Of a DNA stretch of 64,000 nt, positions 54,537 through 64,000 are shown one piece after another; positions within the stretch are counted from its first letter, which is position 1; the number at the start of each line of letters is the position of its first letter. Where the stretch lies: positions 64,001 to 128,000 of the forward strand of contig CAVPSB010000044.1 of the NCBI GenBank assembly GCA_963708025.1, in the 5' to 3' direction. The DNA is from an uncultured Candidatus Rokubacteria bacterium. GTDB lineage: Bacteria; Methylomirabilota; Methylomirabilia; Rokubacteriales; DASRDR01. Both the position numbers and the translations under genes were made by a program. The notes beneath the pieces are model-generated. The model had not been told where the DNA came from, did no database searches, and worked only from the letters and a program-made list of their open reading frames with translations.

Positions 54537-55478
54537 TCAGCGGTTCAGGGCCACCAGCGAGATGAACTCGAAGAGCAGGTTGGCCCCCAGGAGCGCGGTG
54601 ATCTGCCCCGGGCCGTCGTACTGCGGCGCCACCTCGACGAGGTCGAAGCCGACGAAGTCGAGGCCCCGGAGCCCTCGCACGAGGCTCAGCGCCTCGTACG
54701 AGGTCAGCCCCCCGACCTCGGGAGTGCCGGTCCCGGGCGCGTAGGCCGGATCGACGGCGTCGATGTCGAACGAGAGATAGACCTTGCCGCCCCGGAGCCG
54801 GCTGTACTGCTCGACGGCCCAGCCGACCCCCTGCTCCTTGAGGGCCTCCACCCGCAGGACCGTGAACCCGTGCTGGGCCTGGAAGTCGAAATCTTGCGCG
54901 CTGTAGAGCGGTCCGCGGATCGCGACCTGGAAGGTCCGCCGCGGGTCGATCAGGTTCTCCTCGACGGCCCGCCGGAACATGGTGCCGTGAAAGTACCGGG
55001 AGCCGAAGTACTGGTCCCAGGTGTCGGGGTGGGAGTCGAAGTGGACCAGGGCCACCGGGCCGTGGCGCTTGGCGAGGGCCCGCAGGATCGGGAGCGCGAT
55101 CGAGTGGTCGCCGCCGATGGAGACGGGGATGCAGCCGGCGGCCAGGATGGCGGTCACCTCCTGCTCGACGATCTCGTTGGTCCGCTCGATCGAGACCGGC
55201 GAGATGTCGATGTCCCCGTAGTCGGCGATCCGCAGCGCCTCGAAGGGTGAGACCTTGAGCACGGGATTCCACGGCCGGATCATGGATGACTGCGAGCGGA
55301 TCTCGCGCGGGCCGAAGCGGGCCCCCGCCCGGTAGGAGGTGCCCCCGTCGTAGGGGATGCCGACCAGGGCCACGTCGAGGTCGGCCGGGTTCCGGTGGTG
55401 GGGCAGCCGCATGAAGGTCGGGATCTGGGAGAAGCGCGGGGACTTGAAGGCGTCGATCGGCTGGAACGGGTTGGTCAT
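54537..55478 (-). CDS. speB: Agmatinase-family ureohydrolase
   Basis: GARFGP, GGDHS, DSHPD, SFDIDAVDP and PGTGT motifs; substrate not certain. Confidence 0.85.
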   Translation of the reverse strand: MTNPFQPIDAFKSPRFSQIPTFMRLPHHRNPADLDVALVGIPYDGGTSYRAGARFGPREIRSQSSMIRPWNPVLKVSPFEALRIADYGDIDISPVSIERTNEIVEQEVTAILAAGCIPVSIGGDHSIALPILRALAKRHGPVALVHFDSHPDTWDQYFGSRYFHGTMFRRAVEENLIDPRRTFQVAIRGPLYSAQDFDFQAQHGFTVLRVEALKEQGVGWAVEQYSRLRGGKVYLSFDIDAVDPAYAPGTGTPEVGGLTSYEALSLVRGLRGLDFVGFDLVEVAPQYDGPGQITALLGANLLFEFISLVALNR

Positions 55479-56273
55479 CTTCCCTCCGGCGCGGCAGCTT
55501 CCAGTGTGCGCAGGGCCTCCTCGCGGATGAGCTGCATGACCCGGCGCTTGAGCATGACGAAGGCCTCCGAGGTCAGGTGGTCCACGGTGCGGGGCCGGGG
55601 CAGCGGGACCTGGATCTCCTCGCGGATCCGCCCCGGCCGGGCGGTCATGACGAGGACGCGGTCGGCCAGGAACAGCGCCTCGTCGATGTCGTGGGTGACG
55701 AAGAGCACGGTCTTCGCGGCCTCCCCCCAGACGCGGAGGAGCAGCTCCCCCATCAGGGCGCGGGTCTGGGCGTCCAGCGCGCCGAAGGGCTCGTCCATGA
55801 GGAGCACGGCCGGGTCGTTGGCCAGCGCGCGGGCGATCGCCACCCGCTGCATCATGCCCCCGGACAGCTCCCGGGGGTAGACGTGCTCGAAGCCGCGGAG
55901 GCCGACCTGGCCGATGTAGCGGTGGGCCAGGGTCTCCCGCTCGCCGGCCGGCAGCCCCCGGAGGCGCGGCCCGAACTCGACGTTGCGCTTGACGGTGAGC
56001 CAGGGGAAGAGCGTGTAGGCCTGGAAGACCATCCCGCGGTCGGCCCCGGGGTCGGTGACCGGACGGCCGTCGAGGAGGACGCGGCCGCTGGACGGCGGGA
56101 CGAGCCCGGCCACCAGGCGGAGGATCGTCGACTTGCCGCAGCCCGAGGTGCCCACCAGGACGGCGAACTCCTGGTCTTCGACCTCGAAGCTCACGTCGTC
56201 CAGCGCGGTGATCGACCTCGCCCCGGCGCGTCCGGTACCGCATCGTGAGCCGCTCGAGGGTCAGCCGCGCCAC
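55475..56273 (-). CDS. NitT/TauT ABC ATPase, with an apparent +1 insertion at about 56214
   Basis: [13 protein letters not shown] and DEPFGALD motifs. The N-terminus [13 protein letters not shown] is in the adjacent frame. Confidence 0.9.
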
Positions 56274-56298
56274 GGACCGCGCTCCGGCGCCGGGAAGG

Positions 56299-57784
56299 CT
56301 AGCCGGTCTGCTGCCGGGGATGGTCGGCGGCGACCTCGGCCCACGGACTGCCGCCGAGGAGCCGTTCCAGCACGCGCTCGACATCCGCGAGCGGCACGCG
56401 GATCTGCTCCATCGAGTCCCGGTCGCGGATGGTCACCTTCCCGTCCCCCTGCTCTCCCTTGGCCGCGTCGCCCACCGTCTGGACGTCCACGGTGACGCAG
56501 TAGGGCGTGCCGACCTCGTCCTGGCGCCGGTAGAGCCGCCCGATGGCGGCGGTGTCGTCGTAGACGGCGACCCAGCGCCGGGCGAGCCGGTCCCGGAGCG
56601 CCCAGGCCCGGGCGACGATGTCGTCCCGCTTCTTGAGGAGCGGCAGCACGGCGATCTTCACCGGCGCGATCTCGGGATGGAAGCGGAGGACCACGCGCTT
56701 CTCCCCGCGCACCTCCTCGGCGTGGTAGGCGTCGGTCAGGAAGGCCAGGAGGCTCCGGTCCACCCCGGCCGCCGGCTCGATGACGAACGGGACGACGTGG
56801 GTCTTCCGCTCGTCGTCGAAGTAGCGTGAGCGACTTCCCGCTCACCTCGGCGTGGCGGCGGAGGTCGTAGTCGGTGCGGTTGGCGATCCCCTCCAGCTCG
56901 CTCCAGCCGATGGCGAAGTGGTACTCGACGTCCACGCACCGCTTGGCGTAGTGGGCCAGCTCGTCCTTGCCGTGCTCGCGGAGCCGGATGTTGTCGGCCT
57001 GGATGCCGTAACGCTGGTACCAGGCGAAGCGCTCCTGGATCCAGACGTCGTGCCAGTGCTCGTCGGCCGGCTGGCCGTCCACGGTGTCGAGCGGGCTCAC
57101 GAAGAACTCCAGCTCCATCTGCTCGAACTCGCGGGTGCGGAAGATGAAGTTCCCCGGCGTGATCTCGTTCCGGAAGCTCCGGCCGATCTGGGCGATGCCG
57201 AACGGGAGCTTGCGCCGCGTGGCCTGCAGCACGTTGTCGAAGTTGACGAACATGCCCTGGGCCGTCTCCGGCCGGAGGTAGGTCGCGGCCGCCTCGTCCT
57301 CCACCGGGCCCAGGAAGGTCTTCAGCATCAGGTTGAACTGCCGGGGCTCGGTCAGCTCGCCCTTGCCACACTCGGGGCAGAGCGTCCGCCGGGCGCCGCA
57401 GTGCTTGCACGGCTCGCCGGCCGGCACCTCGAACTTGTTGTCCTTCTTGGCCGGGCAGTAGTGCACCCACGTCTGGCTGTCCAGGTGGTCGGCCCGGAAG
57501 CGGCGCTTGCAGGCCCGGCAGTCCACCATCGGGTCGCTGAACCGCTCGACGTGGCCGCTGGCCTGCCAGACCCGGGGGTGCATGAGAATGGCCGCTTCCA
57601 GCCCGACCACGTCGCGGCGGAGGTGCACCGTGTCGCGCCACCAGAGGTTCCGGATGTTGCGGCGCAGCTCGACGCCCAGCGGGCCGTAGTCCCATGAGGA
57701 GCCGAGGCCGCCGTAGATCTCGCTGGACTGGAAGACGAAGCCCCGCCGCTTGCACAGCGAGACGAGCGTGTCCATGTCGACCAT
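56299..57784 (-). CDS. glyQS: Glycyl-tRNA synthetase, alpha2 type, with an apparent +1 insertion at about 56825
   Basis: [22 protein letters not shown] and REFEQME. The C-terminal RRQDEVGTP is in a second frame. Confidence 0.94.
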
Positions 57785-57836
57785 GAGGGAGAGCCTAGCA
57801 CACGGGGCGAGCGCCCGCCACGCGGGCCGCTCCATT

Positions 57837-57932
57837 CCCTCTCCCCCGCCGGGGGACAGGGTCAGGGTGAGGGGGTCCTCCCGCGCCACGCATCGACCCT
57901 CACCCCGACTCTCTCCCTGGAAGGGAGAGGGA
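57837..57932. repeat. Family D (CCCTCACCC...CTCTCCC...GGGAGAGGG) inverted pair
   Basis: Oppositely oriented copies at 57837-57875 and 57897-57932. Confidence 0.8.
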
Positions 57933-57940
57933 GAGGAGGG

Positions 57941-58732
57941 TCAGCCCGCCTTGGGGGACCAGGGCAGGAGCCAGCGGTGGAGGTACTTGAAGCACTGGTC
58001 GGTGGCGAGGCCGAGGAGCCCGATCACCATGATGCCCACGAAGATGCGATCGACGAAGAACCCGCGCATGGAGTTCAGGATCATGTAGCCGAGGCCCCGC
58101 TGAGCCGCGACCAGCTCGGCCACCACCAGGTACGTCCAGGCCCAGCCCATGGTGATGCGGAGGGTGTCCATCACCCCGGGCAGAGTCGCCGGGATGAGCA
58201 CCCGGGACACCACCTGCCCCCGGCCCGCGCCCAGGGTGTACGAGACGTCGAGGAGGTCGCGCGAGACGTGGGCCGAGACGTCCGCGATGAGGATCATCTG
58301 CTGGAAGAAGGTGCCGATGAAGATGACGGCGACGCGGGCCTCGTAGTCGATCCCGACCCACAGGATCAGGAGGGGGATCATGGCGCTGACCGGCAGGTAG
58401 CGGACGAAGTTCACGACCGGCTCCAGCGTGGCCTCGGCCAGCGGGAACGAGCCCATGAGGATGCCGAGCGGGACGGCCAGGATCGAGGCCATGGCGAAGC
58501 CGGTGAAGATCACGAAGCAGGACGCGCGGATGTGGATCCACAGGGTGCCGTCGCCGACGAGCTCGATCCCGGTCTCCACCACCCGGTGGGGTGCGGGCAG
58601 GAAGTCGGCCCGCACGAGGCCGCCGTAGGTGAGGAGCGCCCAGCCACCGAGCATCGCCACGACCGTGAGGCCGCTGGCCGCCAGGTAGACGCGCGGCGGG
58701 ATCGGCTCCTTCGGCTTGAGCCAGGAGGTCAT
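57941..58732 (-). CDS. NitT/TauT ABC permease
   Basis: FLPAP, RYLP, TLGA and WTYLVVAE motifs. Confidence 0.9.
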   Translation of the reverse strand: MTSWLKPKEPIPPRVYLAASGLTVVAMLGGWALLTYGGLVRADFLPAPHRVVETGIELVGDGTLWIHIRASCFVIFTGFAMASILAVPLGILMGSFPLAEATLEPVVNFVRYLPVSAMIPLLILWVGIDYEARVAVIFIGTFFQQMILIADVSAHVSRDLLDVSYTLGAGRGQVVSRVLIPATLPGVMDTLRITMGWAWTYLVVAELVAAQRGLGYMILNSMRGFFVDRIFVGIMVIGLLGLATDQCFKYLHRWLLPWSPKAG

Positions 58733-58737
58733 CGAGC

Positions 58738-58777
58738 CCCCTCACCCTGCCCTCTCCCCCGAGGCGGGGGAGAGGGA
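58738..58777. repeat. Family D single copy
   Basis: CCCTCACCCTGCCCTCTCCCCC-gaggc-GGGGGAGAGGG between the SBP and permease genes. Confidence 0.8.
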
Positions 58778-58796
58778 TTCGATCGCAGGGCGAGCG

Positions 58797-59768
58797 CTAC
58801 TTCACGAAGGAGTGGTTGACCAGGTCCTTGGCGGTGACGCCCTTGGCCTGGAGCTTGCCGAAGCTCGCCCAGATGTCGAGGGCGTTCTGGACCACCTTGT
58901 TGATGTCCCCCGGCTTCTGGGCGGTCCCGAAGAACTTGACGTTGCCGTCCCGGTTGTAGAACTTCACGCCGTCGAGCGTCTCGGCGAAGACCTTCGGGTC
59001 CTTCAGCCAGTCGCCGAGGCCCTTGGACATGATCTCGAGCGACTCCGGCTTGTTCTTCTCGTAGTAGGCCACCGCCTTGTTCCAGGCGTTGACCACGCCC
59101 TGGATCTCCTTGCCGCGCTTGGCGATCACCTCGCGGGGGAAGATCAGGACGTCGCTGATGAGCCCGGGCGTCTTCGACGAGTCCACCAGGATCTGGCCGT
59201 GGGGGGCGTTCTTGCTCTTGGTGAGCCAGGGCTCCCAGGTGACGGCGGCGTCCACCTTCTCGGCGACGAACGCGGCGCCGGCATCCCCCTGCTTCATGTT
59301 GACGACCTCGATGTCCTTCTGCGACATCCCGGATTCCTTCAGGATCACGTTCAGGAAGAACTGGGAGACCGAGCCCTCGTTGACCGCGACCTTCTTGCCC
59401 TTCAGGTCCTTGACCGACTTGATCTCCTTGCGGGCCACGATGCCGTCCCCGCCGGCCGAGTCGTCCAGGGCCAGGACGTACTGGTACTCCTTGCCGGTCT
59501 TCAGGTAGAGGACCATGGTGTCGATCGTCGAGACCACGCCGTCGAGCCGCCCGGCGGCCAGGGCGAAGAAGCCCTCCTTGGGGTCCTCGATGTTGACCAG
59601 GTCGACGTCGACCTTCTCTTCCTTGAAGAAGCCCTTCTCCTTGGCGATGAAGAGCGGGCCGTACCCCACCCAGATCGAGTACCGGATCTTCAGGGGCTCG
59701 GCCGCCGCCACCGTCGACAGACCGGCGACCACCACGACCACCAGCACCCACGCGAGCCATCGTTTCAT
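58797..59768 (-). CDS. NitT/TauT/NMT1-type ABC substrate-binding protein
   Basis: Signal peptide, WVGYGPLFIA, SAGGDG and TWEPW motifs. Confidence 0.9.
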   Translation of the reverse strand: MKRWLAWVLVVVVVAGLSTVAAAEPLKIRYSIWVGYGPLFIAKEKGFFKEEKVDVDLVNIEDPKEGFFALAAGRLDGVVSTIDTMVLYLKTGKEYQYVLALDDSAGGDGIVARKEIKSVKDLKGKKVAVNEGSVSQFFLNVILKESGMSQKDIEVVNMKQGDAGAAFVAEKVDAAVTWEPWLTKSKNAPHGQILVDSSKTPGLISDVLIFPREVIAKRGKEIQGVVNAWNKAVAYYEKNKPESLEIMSKGLGDWLKDPKVFAETLDGVKFYNRDGNVKFFGTAQKPGDINKVVQNALDIWASFGKLQAKGVTAKDLVNHSFVK

Positions 59769-59794
59769 GGCGTTCCTCCCTTGGAGACGGACGG

Positions 59795-61036
59795 TCAGTG
59801 AACGGAGGGCCGGAGCCCGAACACATCGTGGGCCCGCCGCAGCCCGGCGGCCAGCGCCTCGATGTCCTGGGGCGTCGTGTAGACGGAGAAGCTCGCGCGG
59901 GTCGTGCCGGCCACGCCGAGCCGCCGCGCCAGCGGCTGCGCGCAGTGGTGCCCGGCCCGCACGGCGATGCCTTCGGTATCCAGCGCGGCCGCCAGGTCGT
60001 GCGGGTGGATGCCAGCCAAGTTGAACGAGACCACCCCCACGCGCAGCGCCGGGTCCCGCGGGCCGTAGAGCGTGAGGTCCTCCACCTCGCCGAGCTCGGC
60101 CAGCGCCTGGCGAGTCAGCGCGGCCTCGTGGGACTGGATCGCGTCCCAGCCCAGGGCCTCGAGGTAGTCGATGGCCGCGCCGAGGCCGATCGCCTGGGCG
60201 ATCGGGGGCGTGCCCGGCTCGAAGCGCCACGGGAGGTCGTTCCAGGTGACCCGATCCAGCCAGACCTCCTTGATGATCTCGCTCCCGCCGAAGGCGGGCT
60301 CGAGCGGCTCCATGATCTCCCGGCGGCCGTAGAGGACGCCAATCCCGGTCGGCGCGCCCAGCTTGTGACCCGACAGCGCGTAGAAGTCGACGCCGAGGCC
60401 GGCCACGTCCAGCGGCAGGTGCGGCGCGGCCTGGGCCCCGTCGATCAGGACCCGCGCCCCCGCGGCCTGGGCGCGCTCGACCAGCTCGGCCACCGGGTTC
60501 ACGGTGCCCAGCACGTTCGACACGTGCGTGAGCGCCACCAGCCGGGTCCGCCGCCCGAGTAGCTGGTCGAGCCCCGACAGGTCCAGCAGCCCGTCGTCGG
60601 TGACTGGGATGTAGCGGAGCTTCAGCTTGAGCTCGCGGGCCAGGAGGTACCAGGGCACCAGGTTCGAGTGGTGCTCCATCTCGGTGAGGAGGATCTCGTC
60701 CCCTTCGACCAGGGCCCGCCGGGCCCAGGTGTGGGCGACCAGGTTGATCGCCTCGGTCGTCCCCTTGGTGAAAACGATCTCCTCGCGGTGGCGAGCGCCG
60801 AGGAAGCCCCGGACCCGGTCCCGGGCCGCCTCGAACATCTCCGTCGCCTCTTCGCCGAGCGTGTGGATCGAGCGATGGACGTTGGCGTTGGAGCGCTCGT
60901 AGTAGGCGCGCAAGACGTCGAGGACGGCCCGCGGCTTTTGGGCGGTCGCCGCCGAGTCGAGGTAGACGAGCCGCCGCCCCCCGATGGTCCGCTCGAGGAT
61001 CGGGAAGTCGCCGCGAACCCGCTCGCCGAGCGTCAC
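59795..61036 (-). CDS. sufS: SufS-type cysteine desulfurase
   Basis: YLDSAAT, EHHSN, DGAQ, SGHK and RAGHHCA motifs. Confidence 0.93.
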   Translation of the reverse strand: MTLGERVRGDFPILERTIGGRRLVYLDSAATAQKPRAVLDVLRAYYERSNANVHRSIHTLGEEATEMFEAARDRVRGFLGARHREEIVFTKGTTEAINLVAHTWARRALVEGDEILLTEMEHHSNLVPWYLLARELKLKLRYIPVTDDGLLDLSGLDQLLGRRTRLVALTHVSNVLGTVNPVAELVERAQAAGARVLIDGAQAAPHLPLDVAGLGVDFYALSGHKLGAPTGIGVLYGRREIMEPLEPAFGGSEIIKEVWLDRVTWNDLPWRFEPGTPPIAQAIGLGAAIDYLEALGWDAIQSHEAALTRQALAELGEVEDLTLYGPRDPALRVGVVSFNLAGIHPHDLAAALDTEGIAVRAGHHCAQPLARRLGVAGTTRASFSVYTTPQDIEALAAGLRRAHDVFGLRPSVH

Positions 61037-61413
61037 GCCCGCACGGGAGCGCCGGCCAGGGCGGCGCGCAGGACGTCCAGGGGCAGCGTCACGCAGCGGA
61101 GCCGTGAGGAGCGGATCTCGGCCTGGAGGGCGCGGAGGAGCGTGTCCCGGTCCACCCGCAGGGCCTCCCGCACCGGCCGGCCCTCCACCATCTCGGCCAG
61201 CAGGTCGGCGGACGCCAGCGCGATCGCGCAGGCGTCGCCCCGGTAGCGGACCGCCCCGATCTCGGCGCCGGGATCGAGCCGCACCTCGACCCGGATCCGG
61301 TCGCCGCAGAGCGGGTTCACGTCCTCGTGGACCGCGTCGGGAGCGTCCAGCTCGCCGAGGTAGCGGGGGTGCCTGAAGCGGTCGAGGATGACGTCGCTGT
61401 AAAGCGTGGCCAC
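61033..61413 (-). CDS. sufU: SufU/IscU-like scaffold or sulfur acceptor
   Basis: NPLCGD, CAIALAS and RLRC motifs; GTG start at 61413. Confidence 0.85.
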   Translation of the reverse strand: MATLYSDVILDRFRHPRYLGELDAPDAVHEDVNPLCGDRIRVEVRLDPGAEIGAVRYRGDACAIALASADLLAEMVEGRPVREALRVDRDTLLRALQAEIRSSRLRCVTLPLDVLRAALAGAPVRA

Positions 61414-61524
61414 GGGGTCACCGTAGCACACACGTCCCGTTCGGGCAACTCGGGAGCGGAGTTACGACGCGGAGTGCCTAGACGGTTTGAAGTCTCAAAG
61501 CCCTCGCAGAGTCACGTTTTCGTG

Positions 61525-61691
61525 GGGCAGGGCCGAGGAGTGAGCAGCGCCCACAGGCCGAAGGCCGTCCCGAAGGACGCAGGGAGTCGCCGACCGCGGG
61601 CGTACTCCTGTACGCCGAGGATCGGCGACGACCCCAAAGGCCGAAGGCCGTCCGAAACGACGACGCGATGCGAAGCTCATCGGCCCTGCCC
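61525..61691. repeat. Family A palindromic element, copy 3
   Basis: 12-bp terminal IR abutting the TAG at 61691-61693; carries two 20-nt modules. Confidence 0.92.
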
Positions 61692-62734
61692 TACTCGGGG
61701 AGCGCGCCGCGGTCCTGGCCGGCCCGGTACGGCGGGAAGCGAAAGGCCATGTCGCGGTTGAGGAGACCGCCGTGGCCGAAGGCGGCCAGCTCGCTCGCTC
61801 CCACCGGTTCCCCGACCAGGAGGCGCGGCAGGACGAGGTCGAACATCGTGGCCTGGGAGAACATCCCGCAGGACGGCATGCCGAGGACCGGCAGCGGGCC
61901 GAGCGCGGCGACCCAGAGGAGGCTCCCGGGATGGGCCGGCACCCCCCGCCGGAGGAATCGGCCGCCGAGGCGCTCGAGGGCGCCGAAGACCGGGTCGAGC
62001 GGGTCCAGCGCGTTGGCGCCGGCCGCGACCACGAGATCCGCGCCGCCCACGCGGGCCGTCTCGATGGCGCGGGCCAGCGCCGCGGGATCGGCATCGACGA
62101 ACTCGAGGTGGCCGAGTCGCGCGCCGAACCAGGCCAGCTTCTCGCGCAACGCCGCTTCGAACCGGGACCGGGCCGACGGCTGGAGGCTCGCCGGCGCCAC
62201 TGCGGCGACGGTGAGCGCCCGGAAGCTCCGGACCGTGACGAGGCCCCCGGCGGTCCCACAGCGCGCCTCGGCGTCGCGGACCGTGGCCTCGGGAATGACC
62301 AGTGGCGTCACCTTTGCCCGCGCCACCACCTCGCCTGCGTCCACCACCTGGGCGTCGTAGAGCGTGTACACGGCGATGCCGTCGAGGCCGTTGACCCCGG
62401 CCAGCCCCTCGATGCGCACTCCGAGCAGCCCGCGGTGTTCGGCGACCAGCGCCCACTGACCGCCGGCCGCGTCGCGGACGCGCACGCCCGGCCCCGCCGC
62501 CGCCCGCGCCAGCCGCTCGCCGGCCGGATCCTCGTGGAGGTCACCCGGCTCCATCTCGATGAGGTGAACGTCGCCCTGAGCGATGTCGGCGAGCCGGGCG
62601 GCCGCCGCCGCGTCCAGCACCTGGCCCTTCCGGAGGGCGGGCTTCCCCGCCCCGTCGTGGACGTCGTGGCAGAGGACCCAGCCGGCCAGACGCTCGGGGC
62701 CGAGCTCGGCGGGGCGAACCGCGTGGGTCTTCAC
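61691..62734 (-). CDS. Molybdopterin-binding (MoeA-like) protein
   Basis: LHEDPAG, DPLDP, GVPAHPG, LGMPSC and FDLVLPR motifs; next to xdhC. Confidence 0.7.
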   Translation of the reverse strand: MKTHAVRPAELGPERLAGWVLCHDVHDGAGKPALRKGQVLDAAAAARLADIAQGDVHLIEMEPGDLHEDPAGERLARAAAGPGVRVRDAAGGQWALVAEHRGLLGVRIEGLAGVNGLDGIAVYTLYDAQVVDAGEVVARAKVTPLVIPEATVRDAEARCGTAGGLVTVRSFRALTVAAVAPASLQPSARSRFEAALREKLAWFGARLGHLEFVDADPAALARAIETARVGGADLVVAAGANALDPLDPVFGALERLGGRFLRRGVPAHPGSLLWVAALGPLPVLGMPSCGMFSQATMFDLVLPRLLVGEPVGASELAAFGHGGLLNRDMAFRFPPYRAGQDRGALPE

Positions 62735-63837
62735 GCGGCGCTACCTCGCCGCTCAGCCACCAGCGGGCGGCCGGTGGCGCCGTAGCGAGTCGCCACGATC
62801 TCGGCCAGGATGGCGAGCGCGATCTCCGGCGCGCTCCGGGCGCCGAGATCCAGGCCGATCGGCACCCGGATCCGGGCCAGCGCGTCCTCAGCCACGCCCT
62901 CTTCGCGGAGGAGCTTCAGGATCGCCTCGCCCCGGCGGCGACTCCCGAGCATGCCGACGTAGCCGGCGGGCGTGGCCAGGACGTGACGGAGGACAGGAAG
63001 GTCGTACTTGTAGTCGTGGGCGACGAGCACCACCGCCGTGGACGGCAGCAGCACGACGCGGCTGGTCACCTCGGACGGGATCCCGACGACCAGCTCGTCG
63101 ACGTCGGGGAAGCGCTCCCCGGTCGCCAGGCGGGGCCGCCCGTCCACGACCACGGTGCGGAAGCCGAGGGTCCTGGCCAGGGTCACCAGTGGCATCGCCA
63201 CGTGGCTGGCGCCGACGACCAGGAGCGTGGGCGGCGGCATGTGGATCTCGAGGAAGCACCGGACCCCGGGCTCGGATCCGAGCACGACCGTCCGTGAGGC
63301 GCCGGTGGCGAAGCCCGCCGTGGCCTCGCGCTCGGCCGCGGTGTCCAGCGCCGAATCCCCCAGCGTGCCGACCCGCCGGCCGTCGTCCAGGAGGAGGAGC
63401 TTGGCGCCGGCGTTGGGGGCATCCATCCGGGTCAGCAGGGCGCCGGCGCGGCCGCCGGCCACGTGGCCCCGCAGCGTCTCGTAGAACGGCAGCGCGCCGC
63501 CCGGCTCGTCCCTGTCCTCCCCGAGCGCGACCGGCTCGAGGAAGACCTCGATGGTCCCGCCGCAGGTGAGGCCGATCTCCCAGGCGTCCTCGTCTCCCAG
63601 CGACAGCTCCAAGAGGCGCGGGGAAGACGCGGCCAGGACGTCCTCGGCCTCCGCCATCACCTCGGCGTCCACGCAGCCGCCGATCGTGACCGAGCCGAGG
63701 ATCCGCCCGTCCTCCCCCACCCACATCTTGGCGCCTTCCTTGCGAGGCGTGGTGCCCCGGGTGCTGACGAGCGTCGCGAGGGCGGCGCGCCCCTCGACGT
63801 GGCGAAGCTGGTCGATCTGATCGAAGAACTCGCTCAC
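62731..63837 (-). CDS. xdhC: XdhC/CoxI/CoxF-family Moco accessory protein
   Basis: GTTPR, GGCVD, GLTCGG, YVGMLGS and PIGLDLGA motifs. Confidence 0.9.
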   Translation of the reverse strand: MSEFFDQIDQLRHVEGRAALATLVSTRGTTPRKEGAKMWVGEDGRILGSVTIGGCVDAEVMAEAEDVLAASSPRLLELSLGDEDAWEIGLTCGGTIEVFLEPVALGEDRDEPGGALPFYETLRGHVAGGRAGALLTRMDAPNAGAKLLLLDDGRRVGTLGDSALDTAAEREATAGFATGASRTVVLGSEPGVRCFLEIHMPPPTLLVVGASHVAMPLVTLARTLGFRTVVVDGRPRLATGERFPDVDELVVGIPSEVTSRVVLLPSTAVVLVAHDYKYDLPVLRHVLATPAGYVGMLGSRRRGEAILKLLREEGVAEDALARIRVPIGLDLGARSAPEIALAILAEIVATRYGATGRPLVAERRGSAA

Positions 63838-63867
63838 GCTGCCCATTCTACTCCTCGTCAGTATCGC

Positions 63868-64000
63868 TCAGGGCTTCAGATGACGGGCGAGCGCCTTGAG
63901 CGATTCCAGGTTGTGCGCCGGCAGGAACGCGTCGCACGTGCGGGAGCGCGGCCACCATGCCCTGGGTGAGCGGCTGGTAGTCGGGGCTGCCGAGCAGCGG
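63868..64000 (-). CDS. CoxE-like VWA protein (3' end only), with an apparent +1 insertion at about 63934
   Basis: PLLGSPDYQPLTQGMVAALPHV, then DAFLPAHNLESLKALARHLKP* in the next frame. Confidence 0.78.
   Translation of the reverse strand, partial: RCSAAPTTSRSPRAWWPRSRTCDAFLPAHNLESLKALARHLKP

Noticed and set aside
59769-59794. Guanidine riboswitch before the ABC substrate-binding gene
   Set aside because: The gap is only 26 nt and contains just an SD sequence.

Overview
High-GC core-genome region of a diderm bacterium, transcribed almost entirely from the minus strand. Gene content and style resemble Ca. Rokubacteria/Methylomirabilota (inference, not verified). Left to right it holds: (1) lipid A and outer-membrane genes lpxK, waaA, DUF374, lpxB, lpxI, an oxidoreductase, lpxA, lpxD, skp and bamA; (2) clpC, lolD, lolC/E, lysS, prfB (programmed +1 frameshift), lnt, a phosphoesterase, nusB, ribH/BA/E/D, ftsY, rodZ, smc, secA, csp, recN, nadK, tlyA, a nucleotidyltransferase-PMM fusion, a rhomboid protease, M16 peptidase(s) and a HIT protein; (3) a signalling block with REC-HD-GYP, a His-less pseudo-histidine kinase, an Arg-repeat protein and two receiver proteins; (4) a small degraded accessory patch next to tRNA-Ala(CGC); (5) SPFH/NfeD, a ureohydrolase plus ABC transporter split by glyQS, sufS/sufU and Moco/XdhC/CoxE genes. 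The most unusual signal is non-coding. At least four families of structured intergenic repeats sit at stop codons or ribosome-binding sites, one with compensatory base changes between copies. A 20-nt GAA-triloop module (CCAVAGGCCGAAGGCCGTCC, 8 copies) is nested in the loops of several different families. Six single-base insertion frameshifts in conserved genes probably reflect sequencing error.
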